NCBI RefSeq assembly: GCF_964194155.1
Contig: NC_135901.1
Coordinates: 1,550,001 to 1,614,000 of the forward strand
Reading direction: 5' to 3'
Origin: Cetorhinus maximus
Lineage: Eukaryota
Length of the DNA: 64,000 bases
Positions 11,590 to 24,222 of the stretch are shown piece after piece; the stretch's first letter is position 1, and every line of letters begins with the position of its first letter. The notes under the pieces were generated by a model, which saw only the letters and a program-made list of their open reading frames with translations, was not told where the DNA came from and searched no databases. Both the position numbers and the translations under genes were made by a program.

Positions 11590-12190
11590 CTTGGCTGACA
11601 TCCAGTACTGGATGAATGGAAATTTCTTCTAGCTAAATATTGGGAAGAGGGAGGCCATATTCTTCAGTCCCCGCACAACCTCCACTCCCTAGCAACCCAG
11701 TCCATCCCTCTCCTTAACAATTGGAGTTGAACCAGACTTTTTACAGCTTTGGTGTAATATTTTACCCTGAGATGTGCTTCTAACCACATATCTGTATCAT
11801 CACCAAAGCTGCCTATTTCCATCTCAGTAACATCGCCCAACTCCACCCCAGTCTCAGCTCCTCTGCTGCTGAAACTCTCAACAATTCCTTTGTTCCCTCT
11901 TGACTTAACTACCCTAACACACTCCCGGGCAACTTCCCACATTCAACCTCCCTGTAATTTTGAGGTCATCAACACTCTGCTGCCCATGTCCTCATTCACA
12001 CCAAATCGTATTCACCCATCACCCCTGTGCTCACTGACCTACAAAGGCTCCTGTTCAAGAAGCACAAAAATTTGAAAGCTGTCATCCTTGATTTAAAATC
12101 CTTCCATGGCTGGGATCATCCCTATTTCTGTAATCTCCTCCAGCAACACAACCCTCTGAGAGCTCTGCGCTCATCCAATTCCAATGTTCT
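11590..12190 (+). mobile_element. L2 LINE RT C-terminal fragment in the ZNF-2 intron
   Basis: ADIQYWMNGNFF*LNIGKREAIFF...AYFHLSNIAQL. Paralogous copy at 41090-41795. Confidence 0.7.
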
Positions 12191-13089
12191 CATTTGTTCA
12201 TGGGATGTGGGTGTCATTGGTTAGGCCAGGATTTATTGTCCACCCCTAACTGCCATCATTCAGAGGACATTGAAAAGGATTCTCAATTTTAATCATTCTG
12301 TCATTGATGGCTGCTATTTCAGTTGTCCAGACTTCAAGCTCCGCAACTCCCAGGATGAAAACGGGACAGAATTTGATGGTCAATATAAACTCAGAAGCGG
12401 AAGGGAAATTATCTCGAATGAAAGAAAAACAATTCCTGACCATAGAAAGATAAAGCTGGTAAATCAGGAGTGAATGGCCGGGGGATGGGCAGCAGCGGAA
12501 ACCTCATTTAGAAACAGTTGGTGGAAATCACAGTTAAATACCAAATATGGTTCAAATACACCCATTATTAGAGGTGGAGGAAGTTTGACAATGATACAGA
12601 GATGATTAGGGAGGGCAGTGCTCAAACAGAGCAATGGACAGACGTGGATTCAGATCCACAGTAAAGAACCACACCAGCCCTGGAGCCATGAAACCACAGC
12701 ACAGCATTAAAATTTCTGTATTGTAAATCAATGTTCAAAAATACTCACCTCTGAAACAATTTCACTGTTTTGACATTTAAAATCTGCTGGAGCCTGCAGC
12801 TGGAACGATTTCGGGAGCATTGGAGTCAGAGAAAAATCTGGCAATCTTCATATCTTCTAACCCTCTGTAAAAGAATAGAAGTTCAGAAGAGACAAATATT
12901 TCTCTTGATTTGAGTTTTCTGTCTTCAAACCCTCCTCCAAACCCCTGTGAAAAGTGTTTCCAAAATCCATCCCGATCAGGCAAAGATAGAAATTCACAAC
13001 ATAGACATGGATTCAGAACAACAGTAAAGAACCACAGCATAGCACTAAAATCTCTGTATTGGAAATACAGGCATCAGGCATCCTGCTGC

Positions 13090-13600
13090 CTGACCCAGGA
13101 TGGCCACGCATGCACCCGCAGCACATTGCCCCTGTAAAGATGGTGACCATGGGGCCAGGCCAGCTCCTCTGTGCAGAGCGAAAATTAAATCAATGAGTCA
13201 ATTATTTTCTCTCCTGGTCACCGGAACCCTGAAGCCCCGCCCACTCCCTTTGCTCGACTCCCGGCTGAACCAACATGGCGGCCGTTAACCTGGGCCTGTT
13301 TCCCGGGAAAAATCCCCGCAGCTGCAAATGCGAATCCTGCAAGATCTTATTCCGGTCTTGCGGCCTACACCAGGTGTTTATGAAGCCCCCTGACCCAGAC
13401 TCCCGGCTCCATTCCTCCCTCCGCCCCGCGACTCTCACCCACTGAAAAAAGCGTCACCAAAACTCATTCTGCTCTGATCGAAGTGACAATGCGCATGCTC
13501 CAGTACTGCGCCTGCGCAATTGGCTCCTGTAGAGTACATAGGCCGCATTCACATCCGCAGGGAATGATGGGTAACCGCAGCGCCATTGAAACACTAAACA
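13090..13600 (-). promoter_or_regulatory. CpG-rich promoter and first-exon region of ZNF-2
   Basis: YY1-type AACATGGCGGCC at 13272-13283; NRF1-type motifs at 13490-13518; Staf/ZNF143-type TTACCCATCATTCCCTGCGG on - at 13555-13574; candidate donor GTGAGA near 13438. Confidence 0.65.
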
Positions 13601-13807
13601 GGGAATCGAAAATAATTGTTTCCCAATTAAGATAAGTTAATTTTAAAAATTACAGATAAATCCTACTGGATGGGTGCTCAGCCATTCTCTGCTTCTCGAA
13701 TCGATTTAAATCACTGCTCTCCTCTGGGAAAACACTGAACTTTTAAAGTTTTTCTCACTGTCCCTCCTCCCCCTCCCCTCCTCTCCCTCCACCTCCCCTC
13801 CTCTTCC

Positions 13808-14188
13808 NNNNNNNNNNNNNNNNNNNNNNNNNNNNNNNNNNNNNNNNNNNNNNNNNNNNNNNNNNNNNNNNNNNNNNNNNNNNNNNNNNNNNNNNNNNNN
13901 NNNNNNNNNNNNNNNNNNNNNNNNNNNNNNNNNNNNNNNNNNNNNNNNNNNNNNNNNNNNNNNNNNNNNNNNNNNNNNNNNNNNNNNNNNNNNNNNNNNN
14001 NNNNNNNNNNNNNNNNNNNNNNNNNNNNNNNNNNNNNNNNNNNNNNNNNNNNNNNNNNNNNNNNNNNNNNNNNNNNNNNNNNNNNNNNNNNNNNNNNNNN
14101 NNNNNNNNNNNNNNNNNNNNNNNNNNNNNNNNNNNNNNNNNNNNNNNNNNNNNNNNNNNNNNNNNNNNNNNNNNNNNNNNNNNNNNNN
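13808..14188. other. Assembly gap (381 N)
   Basis: Run of N preceded by CT-rich low-complexity sequence. The paralogous site near 44020-44045 is contiguous. Confidence 0.99.
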
Positions 14189-14349
14189 ACTGGCTGGGTT
14201 CAACCCCACAGCCACTGGTTCCTCTATCTCTCTCTCCATTCCCTGCTACTGAATATTTACAGTTTTATGGAATGATACAGCACAGATAGAAGTCATTCGG
14301 CCCATTATGCCTGTGCTGCCTCTTTGGAATATCTATTCAGTTAATTCCA

Positions 14350-16800
14350 CAGCCCTGCTGGCAGAGTCAGGATAATGTATATCAGCTGTGGTAATCCGTG
14401 AGATGAATGGAAAAGGCTTTCCAGTTGGATACTTCTCAGACACACTCGTCCATGTGAAAATATTGATTGCTGAGTGTATTAAGCAGATATCATGGGTTCA
14501 TTCAGCTCTGAAGAAGAGTCATATGGATTTGAAATGTTAACTCTGTTTCTCTCTCCACAGATGCTGCCAGACCTGCTGAGGTTCTCCAGCATTTTCTGAT
14601 TTTCTTTCAGATTTGAATCATCTTCAATATTTTGCTTCTATCAAGGGTTCACTGGTTAGTTAAAGACACAGATTAACTGGCAGAGTTTATTCAAAAATTC
14701 TACACATCCCACATACCACAGTGGCATTATTAATAAAAAGGCCAAGTTAAGGGAGTATCGCTGGTGTGGTAGAGTACATGAATTATGAAGTTACAAAGCA
14801 AAGGTATTAATATCCCGCATTTCACAATCACCAATTGGCTGGGATGTTGCAGTGTGAAAGAAGCCCACTTACTTGTCAGGTGAAAGAGGCCGTGTCCAAA
14901 GGATCTGTTAAAGTCAGACCACTGGCAGTCTCAACTGGGGCTTATGTGGATGGGTCTCAGTTTTCTGAACAAGGTCCATATCAGACTGGGTGATGCGCCT
15001 TTTCTTCCCTGTGACATCCTTTTTAAATGCCCACCACAATAGTTAGCCCAGAAAGCTGAGGGCAGCTTCATCACTGCCCTTCAAACTGTTACTGAGAATC
15101 ACCATCTATTCTCAAAGCTCCTTTGGTTGTAATTCCCTCATGGAAAACCTGGCAAAAAAAACACAGCTTCTCCACAGCAGAAAGGCAACCACTCACCCAC
15201 CATTCCAAATGATTTGGGATATTGCTGGCAAGTGTGCAGGACAAATTGTTATTTGTAAGGTGAAGGTACATCAGCAGCAGGAGTTAGTGATGAAGGTGAT
15301 GGTAATAACCAGGCAGACTGACTCACCAGGAAAGCTGCTCCAGAGGGTATTCCATGGGATTCACCCAAAAACACAATCATTGGCATCGATACAACAGACT
15401 CCAGTTAACTGATTTAAAAACGTGTCAGGACCCTGACCCTGATGTGACTGTGTTCAAAGAGGCCTTACACCATCAGAAAGACTTTCCCTCATCCCTCGCA
15501 GCAAGTAAGGACTCACTCATCCTACGTGATGAGGATTTCTATCACAAGGATGCCTCTGATTTGAATTAGATCACACCTCGATGCCTTAGGAAAGAATCAA
15601 TTTTGTTCATGCATGAAATTTGAGACGTTTCTCTTTTTCAAGTCCGTGATATGTTACACAATTATTATTGGCATCCAATGATGCACCAAGATGTCCATCA
15701 CCACCTGAACCTGTGTCTCATCTGTGTCTAAATTAATCCAGCCCTGTGAAATGAAAGGTCCCAATGGACACATCCCATCTGAATGATGTTCCCTGGGAAA
15801 CATTGCAGATTGATTATATAGGCCCACTACTCAAAGCTGGTATATCCTGGTAACTATTGAGATGTTCACCTGGTGGATTGAAGGTTTCCCTGTCTGTAAA
15901 AATGATGCAGTCAAGACAGCTAAAATCTTGTGGGAACAGATCTTTACCAGGTGGGGCTTTCTGAAAAGGATAGAGAGTGATAATGGTTCTCATTTCACAG
16001 CTGAAGTAATGCAGCAGCTCTGTCATCTTGTGGGTGTGGAACAATATTTCCACCTTCACAACCACCCAGAATCTAGTCGGATGCTCGAGATCATTAATCA
16101 CTCTGGAGAAACAGCACTGAAAAAAGCTGTAATGGAGGGGCATAATAATCTGGTTAAGGCAAATGACTGGATCACTGTCCAGGCAAGATCACTGTCTTGC
16201 CTGGTATCTTACTGACCATTCACTCCACTCCTGTTCACTCCCTGGTCACAGCCCATTTCAGCTCAAGACAGGTCGGCCCATCCAGATTGTTGTCCCACTC
16301 CCCAATGCTACTCAATAAACTCATGACCAGTTTCTCCAGAAGCTCCAATAAACCTCAGCATCCTTCCTGCTACAGGCAGTGGAGAAGATGGTGCTGCCCA
16401 TCTCAACACCGTCAGGGAGAACCACCCCACCCGTTACATTAACTGTTCAATGGGAGATGAAGTCATGTTAAAAACATTTTTAAACAGGGTGGGTCTGAGG
16501 AGACCAATTGGAAAAGTCCATATGATCTTCCAGATAGATCAGGAGAAACAAATCTTATATTGACTATTCAGAAACGATAGAAGAAAACACAATATCTGTG
16601 TTACCATGGAGATCAGTGTAAACTGTACAAAATGTAAAGGTCAGATAACTACATGGGGAATAAACGCTGATTTTATCCAACAGGGACAAGATGTGGATGG
16701 TCATCGTGCTCCTGGACTGTGTCCAGGCTGAAGTTCTGTTCCTGCCGTATGATCCTCCCCCAGATTGTCCTTTCTGAGCTCCAGCCAGGTGATGTTAAAC
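14350..16800 (+). mobile_element. Decayed retroviral-like/Gypsy-related pol (tether, RNase H, integrase) plus env-like leader, copy A
   Basis: PVGYFS (about 14440); YVDGSQ...AQKAE...KVKVHQ...GNNQADSL (14943-15330); PWETLQIDYIGPL...IFTRWGFLKRIESDNGSHFT (15790-16000); WKSPY (about 16510). Many stops and frameshifts. Confidence 0.8.
14500..14642 (+). mobile_element. Penelope terminal-repeat fragment with a minimal hammerhead ribozyme motif
   Basis: CTGAAGA-AGAGTC-atatg-GATTT-GAAATGTTA, flanked by the near-direct repeat atcatgggttca/atcaagggttca. Confidence 0.6.
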
Positions 16801-16997
16801 ACTCAGGTGGGAAAGACAAAAATCTACAACAATATGTTTAAAACAAAGCTGATTTATTTGCTATATAACCAGGATACTAAACTTCAGTTCAATTATTAAC
16901 ATCAGCAGAAACAAACTCCAACTGTCAGAATGAACATAGTTCAGTCCTGGATGTGATTAACTGCAGCAATAACAGTAGAATCCAACCCCTGCAGTCA

Positions 16998-17834
16998 CTA
17001 GTGAACTCGCTGGTGCCCCACCAGATGAGATGACTGAGTGAATCCTTTCCCACACTCGGAGCAGGTAAACAACCCCTTCCCAGTGTGAACTCGCTGGTGT
17101 CTCAGCAGGTTGAAGGAATGGACAAATCCCTTCCCACACTCAGAGCAGGTGAATGGCCTCTTTCCAGTGTGTGTACATTGGTCTGCCAGCACTTCATGCC
17201 TGCTTTTAAAGCTATTCTCACAGTCAGAACATTTAAAAGGTCTCTGATCAGTGTGAACAAGTTGGTGTTCAATGAGCTGGGATAATCGGGAGAATTTGTT
17301 CCCACACTCGAAGCAGATGAACAGCCTCGCCCCAGTTTGAATGTGTTGGTGTGTCAGTAACTGGTACCTGCATTTAAAGCCTTTTTCACATTCAGAACAT
17401 TAGAAAGGCTTCTTATCAGTGTGAACCAGTTGGTGTGCAGTGAGGTGGGATGACCAAGAGAATCCGTTCCCACACTCAGAGCAAGTGAATGGCCTCTCCC
17501 CAGTGTGAACTCTCTGGTGGGCCAGCAGGTGGGCTGACTGAGTGAATCCCTTCCCACAGGCAGAGCAGGTGAATGGCCTCTCTCCAGTGTGAACTCGCTG
17601 GTGTGTCCGAAGGTCTGATGAATTAATGAATCTCTTCCCACACATGGAGCAGGTGAACGGCCACCCCTCAGCATGAGTGAGTTGGTGTCTCAAAACATCG
17701 GATGATTGAGTGAATCCCTTCCCACACAAGGAGCAGGGGAACGGTCTCTCCCCAGTGTGAATGTGTCGATGAGTTTCCAGCCGCTGGTATTTGAATCCCT
17801 TCCCACAGTCCCCACATTTCCATGATTTCTCCAT
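16998..17834 (-). pseudogene. C2H2 zinc-finger gene with an internal nonsense codon (ZNF-3)
   Basis: MEKSWKC start at 17834; five fingers, TAA at 17400-17402, then five more (some degenerate) in the same frame to 16998. No promoter module next to it. Confidence 0.75.
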
Positions 17835-19139
17835 GGTGTTGGTGCCCTTCTGCCTCTCCAACTTGGAAGATCAGTTGAAGCTTCGTCCACACACACAACA
17901 CGTGTACATTTTCTCCTCGCTGTGAGTGGTGTGATTCTTTTCAGGCTGTGTACCGGAACACTGGAACACTCACACTCAGGTGTGTGTGTCTCGGTGCTTT
18001 TCCAGTCACACTGATGTTTGAAATCTCTTCCCATGGACAAACATTTCTCCTTCCATGTTCAGAGACCAATGATTTTCAGGCTCTGATGAATCGAGTGACT
18101 CTGTCAGATCTTGATAATTGGTTTTAGTTTCCCATCTGTAAATCTTCTCCTCCTAATACCCTGGAAAAAAAGCTTAGAGAATTACACAGAATCTCCAGAA
18201 TAGAACTAGGTCATTTGGCCCAACTAGTCTCTGCTGGTCTTTATACTCCACATGCTTCTCATTCCATTCCATCTACCTCAGCTTAGTCTTTCACTTTATC
18301 TTTTTATTCCTTTTTCTCTCATCTCGTTTCCTTTTGAAATTATCTCAGCTTTTTGCCACAACCACTTCCTGTGGTAGTGAGTTCACTTTCTAACCGCTCT
18401 CTGTGTAAACACATTTCTCCTTATTTCCTTATTGGATTTATCAGTAACTATCTTGTATTTATGTCCCCTGGTTTTGGATTCACCCACAAATGGAAACATT
18501 CTCTCCACATCTACAAGGTCTCACATGGCAGAAAAATAAAAAACTCATAGGACCCCAGAGCAAGATACAAGTTGGATCCAAATTAGGTTCAATGGCTGGA
18601 AGTGATGAATGATGATTGATGGGTGTTTTATTGTGATTGGAAGGCTGTTTTCAATGGGGTTTCACAGAGCTCAGTACTGGGTCCTTCATTCCTGGTTTAT
18701 TTCATTCATTCAAACTTACATATAGGGATATGAATAACAAGTTTGCAGATGATACAAAAAATGGCTGTGTGCTTGGTAGTGAAATAGAAAGCTGGAGACT
18801 GCAGGAAGATAACAATGTACTGTTCAGGTAGGCAAGGTCAGAGGAAATAGGAGAAGAAGTAGCCCATTCAGCCCTTTGAGGCTGCACCACCAGTTAATAA
18901 GACCATGGCTGATTTGATTGTGGTTTCTACTCCACTTTCCCGTCTGTCCCCAATCCCATTAACCTTTGATTCCCTTGAAGCTCAAAAATCTGTCAAACTC
19001 AGCCCTGAAATATTCAATGACTCAGCCTCCACACTCTCTGCGAAAAATATTCCTCCTCCTCTTCATCTTAATTGGGAGCCTCCTTACTTTTGAACAGTGT
19101 CACTTAATTCTCAATTCCCCCACAGGAGGAAAGGTATAT

Positions 19140-19455
19140 ATATTGTTTATTCATTCTTGGGATGTGGGCGCCGCTGGCTAGGCCAGCATTAATTGGTTCA
19201 GAGGGCATTTCAAAGTCACCCACATTGCTGTGGGTCTGGATCACAGCAGATTTCCTTCCCTAAAGGACATTAGTGAACCAGATGGGCTTTTACAACAATC
19301 AACAAAGGTTTCATGATGATCATTATACTTTTAATTCCAATTTTTATTGAATTTAAATTCCACTGTGGCGGAATTCGAACCTGGGTCTCCTGAGCAATAC
19401 CCTGGGTATCGGGATTACTGGTCCAGAGACAATACCACTACGCCATTGCCTCCCC
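19140..19455 (-). mobile_element. tRNA-derived SINE
   Basis: Minus head GGCAATGGCGTAGTGGTATTGTC...GGTTCGAATTCC. Confidence 0.8.
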
Positions 19456-19519
19456 TTCTCAGCACCTACCCTGTCAGGACCCTTCAGAATCTTGTATGTT
19501 TAAAAAAGATTACCTCTCA

Positions 19520-22445
19520 TTCTCATAGAGTCAGAGAGGTCTACAGCACAGAAAAAGGCCATTCGGCCCATCGAGTCTGCGCCGGTCAAAAAAGTACCTA
19601 ATTCTAATCCCATTTTCCAGCACTGGGTCCATAGCCTTGTATGCCACGGCATCGCAAGTGCACATCCAGATACTTTTTAAATGTTATGAGGGTATCTGCC
19701 TCTACCACTCTTTCAGGCAGTGAGTTCCAGATTACCACCACCCTCTGGGTGAAAAAATTCTTCCTCACATCTACTCTAAACCTCCTGCCCCTTACCTTAA
19801 ATCTATGCCCCCTGGTTATTGATCCCTCCACCAAGGGGAAAAGTTCCCACCTGTCAACCCTGTCTTTGCCCCTCATAATTTTATACTCCTCAATCATGTC
19901 CCCCCTCAATCTCCTCTGCTCCAGGGAAAATAACTTCAGTCTATCCAATCTCTCCCATAACTAAAACTCTCCAGCCCAGGCAACATCCTGCTAAATCTTC
20001 TCTGCACCTCTGGTGCAATCACATCCTTCCTATAATGCGGATTCCAGAACTGCATGCAATACTCTCGCTGTGGCCTAACCACCATTTTATACAGTTGCAG
20101 CATAATGTCCCTGCTTTTATATTCTATGCCTCGGCTAATGAAGGCAATATCCCATATGCCTTCTTAACTACCTTATCTACCCGCCATGCTACCTTAAGGG
20201 ACCGGTGGACATGTACCACAAGGTCCCTCTGATCATCAGTACTTTCCAGGATCCTACCATTCATCGTGTATTCCTGTGCCTAAGTGCATCACCTCACACT
20301 TAGCCGGATTAAATTCCATTTTTGTTTCTGATCAGCCCATCTGACCAGCCCATCTATATCCTCTTGTAATCTAAGACTATCCGCCACACTTTATGCCACA
20401 CCACCAATTTTCATGTCATCCACAAACTTACTGATTAACCATCCTACATTCAAGTCTAAATAGTTTATTTATTACTGAAACAGCAAGGGACCCAACACCG
20501 ATACCTGTAGAACCCACTGGAAACAGGCGTCCAGTCATAAAAACCCCCTCGACCATCAACCTCTGCTTCCTACCACTCAGCCAATTCTGGATCCAATTTG
20601 CCAAATTGCCTTGGATCCCATGGACTCTTACCTTCATTAACAATCTCCCATGCGGGGCCTTATCAAAAGCCTTGCTGAAGATCAAGTAGACTATGTCAAA
20701 TGCATTGCCCTCATCTACACACCTGGTCACCTCTTCGAAAAATTCAATCAAATTGGTCAGACATGACCTCCCCTTAACAAAACCATGCTGACTGTCCTTG
20801 ATTAATCCCTGCCTCTCCAAGTGTAGATTAATTCTATCCCTCAGAATTACTTTCAATATTTTCTCCACCACTGAGGTTAGACTGACTGGCCTGTAGTTCC
20901 CTGGTTTATCACTTCCTCTCTTCTTGAGTAACGGTACCAGATTGGCTGTCTTCCAGACCTCTGGCATCTCTTCCTGTGGCCAGAGAGGTATTGAAAAATT
21001 ATTGCCAGCACCCCTGCTATCTCTTCCCTTGCCCCACTCTGTTGCCTGGGATACATTTCATCCCGGCCTGGAGATGTATCTACTTTTAAGCCTGCAGACT
21101 ACTTTCTATGCTAATTTATTTAATTATATCACAGTCCTTCTGCCTGATTTCCATACCCACGTCGTCCCTCTCACTTGTGAACACTGACACAAAGTATTCA
21201 TTTAGAAAACCTACCTATGTCTTCCAGCTCCACACACAAATTACCACCATAGTCCTTAATAGGCCCTACTCTTTCCCTAGTTATCCTTTTACTCTTGATG
21301 TACTTTGTAAAATAACTTTGAATTTTCCTTTATTTTACCTGCCAATGTTTCTTCATGCCTCCTTTTTGCTCTCCTAATTTCCTTTTTAAGTTCCCCCCTG
21401 CACTTTCTATACTCCTCTAGGGCTTCCGCTGTTTTAAGCCCTCAGTATCTGCCATAAGCCTCCCTTTTTCTCTTTATCTAATCCTGTATATCCCTCAACA
21501 TCCAGGGTTCCCTGGATTTGTTGGTCCCACCCTTTGTCACTACTTGAATGAGTTGGCCCTGTACTCTCCCTATTTCCTTCTTGAATGAGTCCCACTGCTT
21601 TGGCACAGATTTACCCAAAAGTAGCTGTTCCCAGTCCACTCTGGCCAAATCATATCTGATCTTATTAAAATCGGCCTTCCCCCAATTTAGAACTCTGATT
21701 TCTGGCCCATCCTTGTCCTTTTCCATAACAACCTTGAATCTAATGGAGTTATGATCACTGTCTGCAAAATGCTCCCCCATTGATACCTCTACCACTTGCC
21801 CAGCTTCATTTCCTAAAATTAAGTCCAGGACTGCCCCCTCTCTTGTAGGACCTTCTACGTACTGGCTTAAAAAACTCTCCTGGATGCATTTTAAGAATTC
21901 TGTTCCCTCTAAACCTATCACACTATGACTAACCCAGTTAATGTTGGGGAGGTTGAAACCCCCACTATTACTACCCTAGTATTTTTACACTTCTCTGAAA
22001 TTTGCCTACATATCTGCTCTTCTATTTCTCTCTGACTGTTTGGGGGCCCATAGTACACTTCCAGCAATATGATTGCTCCTTTCTTGTTTTTCAGTTCTAC
22101 CCATATGGCTTTATTTGAGGAGCCTTCTAAGATGTCATCCCTCCTTACTGCTGTAATTGATTCCTTGATCAATATTGCGATACCCCCTCCTCTTTTACCT
22201 CCTTCCCTGTCTCGCCTGAAGACCCTATATCCTGGAATATTGAGCTGCTAATCCTGCCCCTCTCTCAACCATACCTCTGTAACAGCAGTTACATCATACT
22301 TCCTTGTGTTAATTTGTGCCGTCAAGTCATCTGTCTTATTTGTCAGACTCCTTGCATTAAAATAAATACCATCCAACCGTACCAAACTCCCTTGTGCCTT
22401 AACTGGCCTATAACTTATATGCCTTCTAGACTCAGTTACTCTCTC
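19520..22445 (-). mobile_element. CR1 LINE, about 2.9 kb of ORF2 (APE endonuclease part plus RT), frameshifted
   Basis: VELKNKKG...YYGPPNS; LDLILGN...SDHNSI; PGNYRPVSLTSVV...QHGFVKGRSCLTNLIEFFEEV; RRLRGDMIE...FFTQRVV..WNSLP. Confidence 0.92.
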
Positions 22446-22459
22446 TTCTAATTTTGGCT

Positions 22460-23288
22460 TCTAATTCTTCTAAACTCCAATGGATACAGGCCCAGCCTTT
22501 CATCATAAGACAACACCTTCATCCCAGGAATCAGCGTAGTGAACCTTCTCTGAACTGCTTCCAGTGCAAGCATATCCCTCCTTAAGTAAGGAGACCAAAA
22601 CTGTACACAGTATTCCACGTGTGGTCTCACCAATTTCCTGTACAGTTGTAGCAAGACATCCCTACCTTTATACTCCATCCTTTTTGCCTTCCTAATCACT
22701 TGCAGTACCTGAATGCTGACTTTTTGTAATTCATGGCCAAGGACACCCAGATCCCTCTGTTCTGCAGCATTCTGCAGTCTCTCTCTATTTCAATAATATT
22801 CTGTTTTTTCATTCTTCCTGCCAAACTGGACATCCTCACATTTTATCACATTATACTCTATCTGCCAATTTCTTGCCACTCACTTAACCTATCTATATCT
22901 GTTTTCAGACTCTTTGTATCCTCCTCACAACTTGCTTTCATACCTATCTTTCTATCATTAGCAAATATAGCTACAATACAATTGGTCCCTTCAGTCAAGT
23001 CATTTGTATAGATCATAAATATTTGAGGCCCCAATACTGATCCCTCTGGCACTCCACTAGTTACAGTTTGCCAACCAGAAAATTACCCATTTATCCCAAC
23101 TCACTCTTTCCTGTTAGTTAGCCAATCCTCTATCCATGCTAATATATCACCTCCAACACCATGAGCTCTTATCTTGTGCACTAACCTTTAATGTGACAGT
23201 TCATTGAAGGCCTTTTGTAAATTTAAACACAGTACATCTCCAGGTTCCCCTTTATCGACACTGCTTATTACATCCTCAAAGAATTCAA
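22460..23288 (-). mobile_element. Second CR1 RT fragment
   Basis: PEGSVLGPQIF...FAND; LVRPHVEYCVQFWSPYLRRD. Confidence 0.85.
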
Positions 23289-23524
23289 GGCTCCTCCATC
23301 ATTTTGGAGGTGACGATGGGAGAGGCAGGGGAGAGGGAGCACCCTTCAAAAGAAACTAACATGAATTAGAGATATTAAAGAGATCCAACACACTGTGTGT
23401 TTAACACAAGGCTGATTTGACTTTTGTCCAGAATATTAATCACTGTAACTGAGCATGACTTCTTTAACATCAGAAACAGACTCCAATGAACAAATGGATT
23501 AACAGCAAAATTCAATCAGAGTAG

Positions 23525-24222
23525 TTACTTGTGAACTCGCTGGTGTCTCAGCAGGGTGGATGAGTGAGAAAATCCCTTTTTACACACGGAGCAGGTGAAT
23601 GGCTTATCCCCTGTGTGAACTCGCTGGTGTGTCAGCAAGGTTGATGACTGAGTGAATCTCTTCCCACATTTGGAGCAGCTGAATGGTCTCTCCCCAGTGT
23701 GAACTCGCTGGTGCATCAGCAGGCATGATGACCGAGTGAATCCCTTCCCACACTCTGTGCAGGTGAATGGATTCTCTCCAGTGTGAACTCGTTCGTGCAC
23801 AATGAGGTCAGATAATTGCCTGAACCCAGTCCCACAGTGAGAGCACCTGAACAGTCTCTCATCCGTATGAACACGTTGATGGCGCATCAGTTCCCTGGAA
23901 CTTTTATAGCACATCACGCAGTCTGGACACCTAAAAGGTCTCTCGTCAGTGTGAAGTCGCTGGTGAGCCAACAGGTTGCATGACAGAGTGAATCCCTTCC
24001 CACATTCAGAGTATATGGTCTCTCCCCAGTGTGACTGCGACGATGAGTTTCCAGCTCAACTGGATAATTGAATCCCTTCCCACAGTCCCCACATTTCCAT
24101 CGTTTCTCCCCATTGTGACTGCATTTATGTTCTGACAGGTCAGATGATTGGTTGAAGCCTCGTCCACACACAGAACACATGTACAGTTTCTCTTCACTGT
24201 GAACGGTGCTTTCTCCCTTCAT
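23525..24222 (-). pseudogene. C2H2 zinc-finger gene with a frameshift (ZNF-4), about 8 fingers
   Basis: [12 protein letters not shown]...HTGERPYT, then a small deletion near 24010 removes the first Cys of finger 3 and shifts frame. Fingers continue in ORF 23525..23971. An assembly error is not excluded. Confidence 0.75.

Noticed and set aside
13555-13600. snRNA or other Pol III gene implied by the Staf/SPH element
   Set aside because: I found no PSE, octamer pairing or recognisable snRNA sequence nearby; ZNF143 sites are also common at mRNA promoters.
13706-14239. 177-aa ORF
   Set aside because: It spans the N gap.
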